Origin: Thermoprotei archaeon
GTDB lineage: Archaea; Thermoproteota; Thermoprotei; Thermofilales; B69-G16
Length of the DNA stretch: 53,993 nucleotides
Assembly: GCA_003649235.1 (NCBI GenBank)
Contig: QMRG01000001.1
Coordinates: 1-53,993 of the forward strand
Direction: 5' to 3'
Every line of letters begins with the position of its first letter. The first letter of the stretch is position 1. Positions 41,336-48,350 of this stretch are shown one piece after another. The position numbers and the translations under genes are program-made. Under the pieces are notes generated by a model, which had not been told where the DNA came from, searched no databases, and saw only the letters and a program-made list of their open reading frames with translations.

Positions 41336-41474
41336 CCTTCCACTCCCCCTTTACGCGTAGTCCACATTTCGGACAGACATACTCATTCACCAGGACAGTG
41401 TTACCCCAACCTCTTGCTTCGACGTCTTTCCGCACACAGACCATTTCAGATCCGCAAAACGGGCACCATGGCAT
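41259..41474 (-). CDS. zinc-ribbon protein
   Basis: GGTGAGGGTG precedes ATG 41474. The Cys motif is MPWCPFCGSEM..VCPKCG. Confidence 0.45.
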   Translation of the reverse strand: MPWCPFCGSEMVCVRKDVEARGWGNTVLVNEYVCPKCGLRVKGEWKVVSLGNRRLETRQNGSRHCEDSAGP

Positions 41475-41479
41475 CACCC

Positions 41480-41887
41480 TCACCACGTAGGCATGCCTTT
41501 CTGTCGCATCCACTCTTCGCTAACGCGTCTGATGACTTCGTTCTCGGGTAGCCGCTCAGCATTTTCAATGAGTGCTCTACGAATTGCCTCCTTCAGGGTC
41601 GTCGACGTCATGACTATCGAATGATAGTCTATTTCGGTCTCCTCCTTCTTCAGTGCTCTCTGAACGTGATGCTCGCAGACGTTACGTCCGGCAATGAAAT
41701 ACTTGGCCTTACGGTCGCAGAACTCACATTTGAGAGTTTCGGGTACTCTTACGGGTCTGATCTCCTCGACGTCGAGCTTCTGTGGTTGCTTGTCCTTTGT
41801 AAAGTAGCGTTTGCATCTCGGACAGCTAACCGGCTCATCGACGCGAGGCGTCCATTCGTGGCCGCAGAAAGGACACTTATACTTCAC
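41480..41887 (-). CDS. double zinc-ribbon protein
   Basis: GGGGAGTGAGATC precedes the GTG. The Cys motifs are KCPFCGHEW..SCPRCKRYF and KCEFCDRKA..VCEHH. Confidence 0.5.
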   Translation of the reverse strand: MKYKCPFCGHEWTPRVDEPVSCPRCKRYFTKDKQPQKLDVEEIRPVRVPETLKCEFCDRKAKYFIAGRNVCEHHVQRALKKEETEIDYHSIVMTSTTLKEAIRRALIENAERLPENEVIRRVSEEWMRQKGMPTW

Positions 41888-41891
41888 GATC

Positions 41892-42071
41892 TCACTCCCC
41901 TAGAATCTGGCCGAGAAGGTTGGCCAATTCGACTTTCCCGGACTGAACGTACTGTTCGCGCAGCTCACGGATACGTGCCTTCCACTGTTTGAAGGCGAGG
42001 CAGTAGCCACGCCAGTCGAAGGACTCGCGAAAGAACTCTGCATCAGTCGGATGCGGTACTCTCAGACTCAT
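41892..42071 (-). CDS. 59-aa ORF missed by the track
   Basis: GAGAGGTG is followed after 7 nt by ATG 42071. The product is MSLRVPHPTDAEFFRESFDWRGYCLAFKQWKARIRELREQYVQSGKVELANLLGQILGE. It fills an otherwise unexplained 155-nt gap. Confidence 0.5.
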   Translation of the reverse strand: MSLRVPHPTDAEFFRESFDWRGYCLAFKQWKARIRELREQYVQSGKVELANLLGQILGE

Positions 42072-42219
42072 CAGATGACACCTCTCGAACTACACGGGGC
42101 ATAGCTTGAATGGACGAAACGATGATGCTTGCCGCAATGTAAAGAGCAAAGCCGAATAGTGACAGGGCAACCTTGACCTTTTTGAGCGTAAGCTTCACTT
42201 CTCCGAAAGCCTTTCGCAT
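42043..42219 (-). CDS. small membrane protein
   Basis: AGGAGGTGGA is followed after 4 nt by ATG 42219. The TM helix is VALSLFGFALYIAASIIVSSI. Confidence 0.45.
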   Translation of the reverse strand: MRKAFGEVKLTLKKVKVALSLFGFALYIAASIIVSSIQAMPRVVREVSSDESESTASD

Positions 42220-42231
42220 ACTATCCACCTC

Positions 42232-42429
42232 CTATAGCCACCATGTAAGCAGCATCCACACTAGCACTGCTCCTTGAATGATTGCCGCAAGGAGACTCGT
42301 CACAGCTTCCTCCTTCCAGGACTTTCTCAGGTCTCTCTCAGTCACGATTCTGAACAGAGTATTTGTAACGTTCAGGCTGACACCTGCAATAAACCAGCCT
42401 GTGAGGAAGATTTCCAAAGGCGACACCAT
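42232..42429 (-). CDS. two-TM small membrane protein, paralogue 1 (ends ..TWWL)
   Basis: GGAGGTGAG precedes the ATG. The product runs MVSPLEIFLTGWFIAG.. to ..AAIIQGAVLVWMLLTWWL and is similar end to end to 42708..42899. Confidence 0.5.
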   Translation of the reverse strand: MVSPLEIFLTGWFIAGVSLNVTNTLFRIVTERDLRKSWKEEAVTSLLAAIIQGAVLVWMLLTWWL

Positions 42430-42430
42430 C

Positions 42431-42613
42431 TCACCTCCATCTAAATGTTATTCGTTCAAGCTTCTCATAGAAGTTCTGAGCTTCTCGGAGTGCAGCCTGA
42501 TTACCTTGTTGACGTAGAGCACGCAAGGCTATGCCCAGCAGCAGAACCAGCTGCAGACTTTCTTCGCCTTCGAATGTCACGTGCAGGTTTCGTCCGTCAG
42601 AGTAACCTCGCAT
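42431..42613 (-). CDS. hypothetical protein
   Basis: AAGGTGAG is followed after 5 nt by ATG 42613. Confidence 0.4.
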   Translation of the reverse strand: MRGYSDGRNLHVTFEGEESLQLVLLLGIALRALRQQGNQAALREAQNFYEKLERITFRWR

Positions 42614-42711
42614 GTACACTCACCTTCGAACGGACATACATATGGACAGTGTCTACAAGCCTCAGGATGCACGAAGCACTTCAGAGCAGGACACCACTTT
42701 ACGGACATCAT
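42577..42711 (-). CDS. 44-aa Cys-rich protein (9 Cys)
   Basis: TTATGATG overlap with the upstream stop. The product is MMSVKWCPALKCFVHPEACRHCPYVCPFEGECTCEVTLTDETCT. Confidence 0.4.
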   Translation of the reverse strand: MMSVKWCPALKCFVHPEACRHCPYVCPFEGECTCEVTLTDETCT

Positions 42712-42899
42712 AACCACCATGTAACGACGATCCATGCGAGGATGATGCCGTGGAATACGGCTGACACGAGATCGTAAAGGAAGTCTGACCTCCATGAGGG
42801 GTCGAAGTCTCTTTTGGTGAACTTTTGAAGTGCGGATACTGCGTGAAGTGCAGTGGCGCTTGCAAACCAGCCTGTGAGAAACGGCTCAAGGAGAAGCAT
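42708..42899 (-). CDS. two-TM small membrane protein, paralogue 2 (ends ..TWWL)
   Basis: AGGAGGTGA is followed after 5 nt by ATG 42899. The product runs MLLLEPFLTGWFASA.. to ..SAVFHGIILAWIVVTWWL. Confidence 0.5.
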   Translation of the reverse strand: MLLLEPFLTGWFASATALHAVSALQKFTKRDFDPSWRSDFLYDLVSAVFHGIILAWIVVTWWL

Positions 42900-43101
42900 C
42901 GCGTTCACCTCCTACAACACGTGCCTTGTAGGGATCGATTCCTGCGTCACGGAGAGCTTCGACAACTGCACAGTAAATGCAGTCGCCTGCATTACGCCAT
43001 TCGATGACTGGCCTCTCAGACCAGCTAGACGGACGCCTTTCGATGGCGTCACGCAGAATCATCCTCCAGTCAAGCCGAGCTAACAATTCTATCAGGCGCA
43101 T
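42886..43101 (-). CDS. hypothetical protein
   Basis: GAGGTG is followed after 5 nt by ATG 43101. Confidence 0.45.
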   Translation of the reverse strand: MRLIELLARLDWRMILRDAIERRPSSWSERPVIEWRNAGDCIYCAVVEALRDAGIDPYKARVVGGERDASP

Positions 43102-43874
43102 TCAAACACCTCGGAGAGGAGTCTCATAACACCGTCTTTTACGGAAGTTGACCAGGAGAATGATGGCTTAGGAGTCGTCACGCTATACTCAAAACGAGAC
43201 AGATGATACTTATATTTCAGGTCAAGATTCGGATGACGCAGACAAAAATTGCGGAAGATGTTCAGGATGTCGTTAACCGACGTTTGAACTCCTGTGCAGA
43301 TGAAGGCTTCTTGAAGGTCGGACTGCGCGAACCGAATGATGTTCCTGCAGGCGTCATCTACATGAATGAAATCTCTTGTTTGGTTACCGTTACCGTAGAC
43401 GTGTAGGACACCGCCTCGCTTGAGTGTCTTGACCCAACGTGCGATTAGATCGTCCTTCAGACGAAGGTAGTTGCTGCCGCCGTAGACGTGTGACAGGTAG
43501 AAGACGCGACCGTTGAGTTGTTTCACGACACGTGATGCGGCTCTTTTCAGGCAGCCGAAGAGGGTGGAGGGTGGATCGAACGAACTGGCAAACAGCAAAT
43601 CGATGCCGTGGACGTTGCAGATCTCTGCGATCTGAGCTGTAGCATAAAGGTTGGTGCGTAAAGAGGTTTCGATTTGCGCACAAGTGTCAGATGCGGAGAC
43701 AGCTGCAAGATGAATGACCATGTCGACGTTGGAGATGGCCTGCTCGATGCTGTCGAAGTCGGTGATGTCGTGGCCAGATTTGATGTCGTAGCTGATGAAC
43801 TCCCAAGAAGCAGGGAAGAAGCGTCTGAGGTTGCTGCCGATGTAGCCTTCGCCACCTGTAACAAGGACCCTCAT
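43092..43874 (-). CDS. NAD(P)-dependent epimerase/dehydratase-like (extended SDR) protein with atypical active site
   Basis: The Rossmann motif is MRVLVTGGEGYIGSNL, followed by VIHLAAV and GNGNQTRDFIHVDD. Where SDRs carry YxxxK, this protein has FGCLK. Confidence 0.55.
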   Translation of the reverse strand: MRVLVTGGEGYIGSNLRRFFPASWEFISYDIKSGHDITDFDSIEQAISNVDMVIHLAAVSASDTCAQIETSLRTNLYATAQIAEICNVHGIDLLFASSFDPPSTLFGCLKRAASRVVKQLNGRVFYLSHVYGGSNYLRLKDDLIARWVKTLKRGGVLHVYGNGNQTRDFIHVDDACRNIIRFAQSDLQEAFICTGVQTSVNDILNIFRNFCLRHPNLDLKYKYHLSRFEYSVTTPKPSFSWSTSVKDGVMRLLSEVFECA

Positions 43875-43941
43875 GTTCTGGTACCTCGGAACTTAGGGTT
43901 CTACAAGAATACTGTCTTCATCATCATCAACTGTTCGGTTA

Positions 43942-43975
43942 ATTTAATCTCCGAACATCTATTTAAATGTTTTGC
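43942..43975 (-). promoter_or_regulatory. archaeal promoter (GCAAAACA + TATA box TTTAAATA + downstream GGAGATTAAAT hairpin)
   Basis: The - strand reads GCAAAACATTTAAATAGATGTTCGGAGATTAAATTAACCGAAC, with a GTTCGG/CCGAAC stem. It lies about 85 nt upstream of the SDR ATG and shares CAAAACATTTA-N15-ATTAAAT with the promoter at 37621..37658. Confidence 0.5.
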
Positions 43976-44168
43976 TCTTGGAGCGCTTCACATAGCACAG
44001 CTCAAGGTAGACGCAGATGCCCTGCTCAACGAGGTGTATCTGATCACTGCCGACCTCACGCTGAATTTCGCAGCTAGCTGCCACCTCGACATCGTCGATC
44101 GTGAAGCCGAGAGTCTTCGCATAGCGTGCCAACATGTTCAGTTTGCGTTCCACTTCCCTGAAGCTCAA
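43959..44168 (-). CDS. hypothetical protein
   Basis: AGGAGGTGA is followed after 5 nt by TTG 44168. Confidence 0.4.
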   Translation of the reverse strand: MSFREVERKLNMLARYAKTLGFTIDDVEVAASCEIQREVGSDQIHLVEQGICVYLELCYVKRSKSKTFK

Positions 44169-44180
44169 ACCGCTCACCTC

Positions 44181-44507
44181 CTAGCTTACGACAGTGAAGC
44201 CGTGCTTGTTAGCCTCATGCACGAGAGCTTCAAGTGCAGCAGCCCTAAAACCAGCATCTTCGAGATACTGATGAATCTGCTCGATTGCGGCATGCAACGC
44301 CACGTAAAGCGTTCCCACAGTCACATGCTTCTGATTTTTCACCTTAGACAATATCGGTACGGGTATGTATGCGAAAGCCACTACGCTGGCCAGAAGCCTA
44401 CCATGTGCCTTCTTGATGTCCTCGTCATACTTCTCTGCTTCCTTCAGCACCTTCTTGACCTCTTCCTGTTGCCTCATTACAGCCTTAAACCACTCCTTAG
44501 GATCCAT
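44181..44507 (-). CDS. hypothetical protein
   Basis: GGAGGTGA is followed after 5 nt by ATG 44507. Confidence 0.45.
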   Translation of the reverse strand: MDPKEWFKAVMRQQEEVKKVLKEAEKYDEDIKKAHGRLLASVVAFAYIPVPILSKVKNQKHVTVGTLYVALHAAIEQIHQYLEDAGFRAAALEALVHEANKHGFTVVS

Positions 44508-45045
44508 CCACGTCACCTCCAAATAACTGTCGGACGGCTTCTTCGTTGTCCCAGACGTCATGCACGAGAATCAACGTTCGCTTCTCATTTACAACCTTGA
44601 TGGCTCGCACGACATCCGTCGTATCAACGGTCCATACGAGTAGCCCACTCTGGAATCCTTTGAAGCCACTCTCGACATCGAACTCGTATTCGACCTTCGG
44701 AACGTTGCCGTCCTGATCCATGTAGACCGTTGTCTTGATCTTTTCGAGGCAGACATCGAGCTCAAATTCCTCGACTCGAACGAGATCATGCCATGGCTTA
44801 CTACGATACATGCGGAGGAACTTCCGTGCTAGGTGTCGTGACGAGAACGCACCGACAATGTGGTAGTCTGAGTAGACGCCTTCTGTCACCAGCACGACGA
44901 AGGGACGGCTTCCATCGACGAACCATGCATTGCATTCCTCGCAGTGGTAGTGCCCACTCAACAACTTCTTGGCCTTCGCTCCGCAGTACGGACAGTGAAC
45001 GTCTTGGACTCCGTCTGGATTGTATCGACCCGTGATTACCTTCAT
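44497..45045 (-). CDS. protein with N-terminal zinc ribbon
   Basis: AGGAGGTGA is followed after 4 nt by ATG 45045. The Cys motif is HCPYCGAKA..HCEECNAW. Confidence 0.5.
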   Translation of the reverse strand: MKVITGRYNPDGVQDVHCPYCGAKAKKLLSGHYHCEECNAWFVDGSRPFVVLVTEGVYSDYHIVGAFSSRHLARKFLRMYRSKPWHDLVRVEEFELDVCLEKIKTTVYMDQDGNVPKVEYEFDVESGFKGFQSGLLVWTVDTTDVVRAIKVVNEKRTLILVHDVWDNEEAVRQLFGGDVDGS

Positions 45046-45049
45046 TGCG

Positions 45050-45676
45050 TCACCTCCTAGGCTCATACCTTGGACATTTTGCTGACCTTGCTAGCCTCTT
45101 CGGAATCCACTTCTGCCACTTCCCGCCATAGAAACAGCCAATGTGCGGTCCTCGCCTTTGACTCCAACGACACGTCAGGCAGCATTCCGCCGTCATTGCT
45201 AGACCTGTCGATAGTGGACGCCTATACGACGCATAGACGGGCTCTTGTCCGTGCGCTTCGCACCACATTTCGTATGCCTTACGCGACAACGAATCGGCAA
45301 GCTCATTCCGCTCACGCGGAATCCACGTCCACGTGATGTTCTCGAACTCTTGCGCTAGTGCAGCAGCTCTCTCGTACATCGAATAGTACAGCCCGCTACG
45401 TGCTTGCCATCGACCAGACATTATGTTGACCAGTAGCTGACTGTCACTGTAGACGACGATCTCAGTTCGTTGCAGCCCTAGTCCTCGTAGCAGCTCGAGT
45501 GCCTTGACTGCCGCTGCAAACTCCGCAACATTATTGCTCATGTCCTTACCCGAGCCGACAACACCATATGATGTCATTATCTGCTTGCCGTCCTGGAAGA
45601 TAGCAACACCAAAACAAGCAGTTCCACCAGGATTGATAGGTTCACATAATCCATCGACATAAACCTCGATTTTCAC
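45050..45676 (-). CDS. rnhA: RNase HI with C-terminal Cys-rich extension
   Basis: GTGA overlap start after GGAGGGAGAGAC. The DEDD residues sit in VYVDG, NNVAEFAA, VYSDSQL and ERNELADSL. The extra C-terminus is ..CCLTCRWSQRRGPHIGC..KCPRYE. Confidence 0.7.
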   Translation of the reverse strand: MKIEVYVDGLCEPINPGGTACFGVAIFQDGKQIMTSYGVVGSGKDMSNNVAEFAAAVKALELLRGLGLQRTEIVVYSDSQLLVNIMSGRWQARSGLYYSMYERAAALAQEFENITWTWIPRERNELADSLSRKAYEMWCEAHGQEPVYASYRRPLSTGLAMTAECCLTCRWSQRRGPHIGCFYGGKWQKWIPKRLARSAKCPRYEPRR

Positions 45677-45834
45677 GTCTCTCCCTCCATAATGACTATC
45701 AGAGCCGACCTTCCACATTTGTTACAGTAAACGTCTGCAACACGTCGCCTGATCAGCTTGTCGTAGTATACGTGATAGGTTAGCTCTTCGTCAGGTGCTC
45801 CACAGAATGGACAGTACAGTCTAGTCATCGTCAT
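45673..45834 (-). CDS. zinc-ribbon protein
   Basis: AAGGAGGT precedes ATG 45834/45828. The Cys motif is YCPFCGAP..YCNKCG. The long 5' extension in the track is Cys/Arg-rich and lacks an SD. Confidence 0.45.
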   Translation of the reverse strand: MTMTRLYCPFCGAPDEELTYHVYYDKLIRRRVADVYCNKCGRSALIVIMEGET

Positions 45835-45952
45835 ACCTCCTTGTCTGTGCAGAAGGTGAAGTCGAACGCCCACCGAATGTGCTTGCAGCACAATACTGGG
45901 CATCGTAGCCGACGTTTCCGTTTGACATCTGGACCTGCAACATACACATCCC

Positions 45953-46300
45953 TCAATACGTGCAGTAGCCGTCATCATAATGAGGACATGTCTCGCACCG
46001 ACTACTGTCGACAAAGCCGCCAACTATCGGACACCACCTCAGCTCTGAGAAGCCGTGCACCTCATAAGTGGTGCCTGGTTGCTGCCAGCTATAGATCACC
46101 TGTCGAGCTGCTTTCTGCCGCTTCGCTTTCTGTAGTTCTCGATATGCGTCGATTAATTTGCTAAGCTCGACAAGCTCACCGTCGACCTCTACGAGCACAG
46201 AACTGGGCTTGGTACGCAATCCGTCCTTTGCATCGAAGTAAATCTCTGTGTGAGTTGCACGAATGATGATGTCTAAAGGTGCAACGTCACTCAGACCCAT
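45953..46300 (-). CDS. hypothetical protein with C-terminal Cys/His motif
   Basis: GTGGAGGAAGAG precedes the ATG. The C-terminus is ..WCPIVGGFVDSSRCETCPHYDDGYC. Confidence 0.45.
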   Translation of the reverse strand: MGLSDVAPLDIIIRATHTEIYFDAKDGLRTKPSSVLVEVDGELVELSKLIDAYRELQKAKRQKAARQVIYSWQQPGTTYEVHGFSELRWCPIVGGFVDSSRCETCPHYDDGYCTY

Positions 46301-46496
46301 TTGTCTCTTCCTCCACTATTCGTAATCGGCCGGAGCGGTAAAGGCTCCAAAGCTCTGCTTGTATCTCGTCGTTCACTCTGACTTCCAGACGCTTCAGTGC
46401 CCGCTCGATAGGATAACACCCGATAGGGTCGTCTGCGATTAACAGCTTTATCTCGTCAATCTTCTCCTTAATTTGCTCAAGTTGCTTCAGGTTCAT
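46287..46496 (-). CDS. hypothetical protein
   Basis: GGAGGTGAG is followed after 4 nt by ATG 46496. Confidence 0.45.
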   Translation of the reverse strand: MNLKQLEQIKEKIDEIKLLIADDPIGCYPIERALKRLEVRVNDEIQAELWSLYRSGRLRIVEEETNGSE

Positions 46497-46518
46497 GCAT
46501 CTCACCTCCAGTTTCGGG

Positions 46519-46612
46519 GCCGATGAGTCCTATCCTCCTGCCCGTCTGCCAGGAGGAAGAGCGGTTTAGCTGCAAAGTGACGGGTCGCTGTGCTCTTCTC
46601 GGACTCATCGGC
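46519..46612 (-). ncRNA. structured three-way-junction element (strand inferred from context)
   Basis: P1 is a 12-bp stem GCCGATGAGTCC/GGACTCATCGGC (46519..46530 with 46601..46612). It encloses the hairpins CCTCCTG/CAGGAGG (46534..46556) and GAAGAGC/GCTCTTC (46556..46598). All pairs are Watson-Crick. It lies between two co-directional genes. Confidence 0.35.
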
Positions 46613-46775
46613 TCTCCCGCTTACCATTCAAAAGTGCATTCGCACTTAGAAACTTACGACTTAGAGTAGCGATCACTTCTCCGCCGTAGACCAAGACAAC
46701 CTTATTGACGCCTGTCTTAAAGCACTCTTCTACGTCGAGTACGATTCGATCAGGCATTCTCTTAACAATCTCCAC
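46605..46775 (-). CDS. 56-aa ORF missed by the track
   Basis: AAGGGGTGAG is followed by GTG 46781 or 46775. The product is MEIVKRMPDRIVLDVEECFKTGVNKVVLVYGGEVIATLSRKFLSANALLNGKRESR. Its stop lies inside stem P1 of the structured element. Confidence 0.4.
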   Translation of the reverse strand: MEIVKRMPDRIVLDVEECFKTGVNKVVLVYGGEVIATLSRKFLSANALLNGKRESR

Positions 46776-46788
46776 GGTCACTCACCCC

Positions 46789-47025
46789 TTACCATCCACT
46801 CCAACCACAATTCGGGCAGACAAGATAGACACCGCCTAACGGGTCCTCTTTGAGCGTGCTACCGCAGATGGGACACAGCTCACCGCTGTGTTCGGGCCAC
46901 TCGTCGAGAGGCATCATTTCCAGCAACCGTCTTATGTTCTCGTTCATCTTACGCCTCCTCCACGCCCTATACAGCCAATCAACAAGTGTGAACAGTGCAA
47001 AGTTAACGATGACGGCTACTAGCAC
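46789..47025 (-). CDS. membrane-anchored zinc-ribbon protein
   Basis: The N-terminal TM helix is LVAVIVNFALFTLV. The Cys motif is CPICGSTL..VCPNCG. Confidence 0.45.
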   Translation of the reverse strand: MLVAVIVNFALFTLVDWLYRAWRRRKMNENIRRLLEMMPLDEWPEHSGELCPICGSTLKEDPLGGVYLVCPNCGWSGW

Positions 47026-47282
47026 TTGAACTCGACCCGCTCGACTTGCTTTCGTATCAGCTCTTTGAGCTGCTCGATGCCTTCGATGTCTGTCGAGTCA
47101 CACTTTGCACAACGTATCTCGTCATAGACGACTTTGCTATAGACACCTCCTGGATCGACATCGTCGAAATCCATTTCGGCATCTCCGTCTTTCACGTATA
47201 TGATATCATTCACGCAAAAGTCTTGATAGACGGTTCCACTGAGAATGAAGCTACGACTTCCGCACTTTCTGCATCGAATCAC
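47019..47282 (-). CDS. zinc-ribbon protein, paralogue of 48076..48324
   Basis: CAAGGAGGTGGACGAGT precedes the GTG. The product runs MIRCRKCGS.. to ..IRCAKCDSTDIEGIEQLKELIRKQ. Confidence 0.5.
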   Translation of the reverse strand: MIRCRKCGSRSFILSGTVYQDFCVNDIIYVKDGDAEMDFDDVDPGGVYSKVVYDEIRCAKCDSTDIEGIEQLKELIRKQVERVEFKC

Positions 47283-47397
47283 ACTCGTCCACCTCCTTGA
47301 GCTGCAATCTCACATACGGCTCGCCTGCCAGCTTCGACAGAAAGATAATGTAGCGTCCTTTCTTGATGATGATTCCACCACCGAAGATACGTTGCAC
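47251..47397 (-). CDS. 48-aa ORF (alternative to track ORF 47279..47461)
   Basis: CGAGGTGA is followed after 5 nt by GTG 47397. The product is MQRIFGGGIIIKKGRYIIFLSKLAGEPYVRLQLKEVDECDSMQKVRKS. Confidence 0.35.
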   Translation of the reverse strand: MQRIFGGGIIIKKGRYIIFLSKLAGEPYVRLQLKEVDECDSMQKVRKS

Positions 47398-47402
47398 AGC
47401 TG

Positions 47403-47549
47403 TCACCTCGGAAATAGAAGCACGGCTTCTCCTGCGTAGTCTCTGTAGATAAACTTACCATGAAAAGGGCATCTCCAAACTTCTTCGTAGGGTTGTCCTC
47501 CGAGACGCTTCACCAGCTTGAGTTGCCTGCCACATAACGGGCAGAACAC
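47403..47549 (-). CDS. zinc-ribbon protein
   Basis: GGAGGTG is followed after 6 nt by GTG 47549. The Cys motif is MFCPLCGRQL..RCPFHG. Confidence 0.45.
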   Translation of the reverse strand: MFCPLCGRQLKLVKRLGGQPYEEVWRCPFHGKFIYRDYAGEAVLLFPR

Positions 47550-47550
47550 G

Positions 47551-47838
47551 TCAGACACCTCCCGTGATCTTCTTGCGGATGTACTCGAGACGACACTTCT
47601 GACTGCAGAACGCGTGGTTCTGCGTGAACACGCTAGGTGGCTCAACAAGTGGCTTGCCGCAGTTCCCACACCGGTGCATGTGAAGTGCACGCATGTAGGC
47701 CTCGCACTGCGTAACAGGCGGCCTAATACGTCGATTTCTATGTGCCAGACAATGCTCGGTTACTCGAATGACTTTGCCGTAGCGATTCGTCTCGTAGACG
47801 CGATAGCAGTAAATGCACGACGGACACAGATGCGTCAT
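47551..47838 (-). CDS. Cys-rich protein with FCS/TRASH-like zinc finger
   Basis: ATGA overlap after GGAGGAG. The Cys motifs are CPSCIYC and RCGNCGKPL..AFCSQKCRLEY. Confidence 0.45.
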   Translation of the reverse strand: MTHLCPSCIYCYRVYETNRYGKVIRVTEHCLAHRNRRIRPPVTQCEAYMRALHMHRCGNCGKPLVEPPSVFTQNHAFCSQKCRLEYIRKKITGGV

Positions 47839-48083
47839 TTCTTCTCCTCCACAAGGTACTCCTCGAGACCGAGCTCCTTGATGACCTCGACGATTTCGCT
47901 TTCGGAGATTTCACCGAGCTGAAGTACATCTCCTGCAAAGTCGCAGGCTTTCTCCGCTGCCCTCTTTATCTGCTTTGGATCGAAGACTATTTCGGGCTCA
48001 CCTGAGACAATTTTGGACGTAAGTGCGAGTGTTGATGCACACGCACCCAAAACAAATGCAATTTTCAGTTTTCGCTCACTCAC
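47835..48083 (-). CDS. putative lipoprotein-like small protein
   Basis: GGAGGTGGAG is followed after 4 nt by GTG 48083. MSERKLKIAFVLGACAST looks like a signal peptide with an LGAC lipobox. Confidence 0.4.
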   Translation of the reverse strand: MSERKLKIAFVLGACASTLALTSKIVSGEPEIVFDPKQIKRAAEKACDFAGDVLQLGEISESEIVEVIKELGLEEYLVEEKK

Positions 48084-48324
48084 GGAACTCCACCTCCACG
48101 TTAAACCAGTTACGAAGGTACTCCTTAAGCTGTTCGAGATCCTCGATGTCGCTGCTACCGCACTTAGCACAGACAATTCTGTCGTAGACGAGCTTACACT
48201 TGCACTTATCGGTGAACGAACCCAAGTAGATGTGTTCATCGAACTCGTCGACTACTGGCGACTCTGCGATGTACCGTCCGAATAGTTTCAGGGTCGTGCA
48301 ACCACACTTTCGACAACGGATCAT
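48076..48324 (-). CDS. zinc-ribbon protein, paralogue of 47019..47282
   Basis: GGAGGAG is followed after 8 nt by the ATG. The product runs MIRCRKCGC.. to ..IVCAKCGSSDIEDLEQLKEYLRNW. Confidence 0.5.
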   Translation of the reverse strand: MIRCRKCGCTTLKLFGRYIAESPVVDEFDEHIYLGSFTDKCKCKLVYDRIVCAKCGSSDIEDLEQLKEYLRNWFNVEVEFRE

Positions 48325-48350
48325 GTGTCCGACTCCTCCACGAGCGCTTT

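Noticed and set aside
43674-44600. A 308-aa + strand ORF lies opposite the - strand genes.
   Set aside because: It has no SD and is antisense to four SD-supported, translationally coupled - strand genes and a promoter. It is typical of a shadow ORF.
47279-47461. The track ORF of 60 aa (MVSLSTETTQEKPCFYFRGDSC..).
   Set aside because: It has no SD and overlaps two coupled genes. The alternative frame 47251..47397 has CGAGGTGA-N5-GTG and a more protein-like product.
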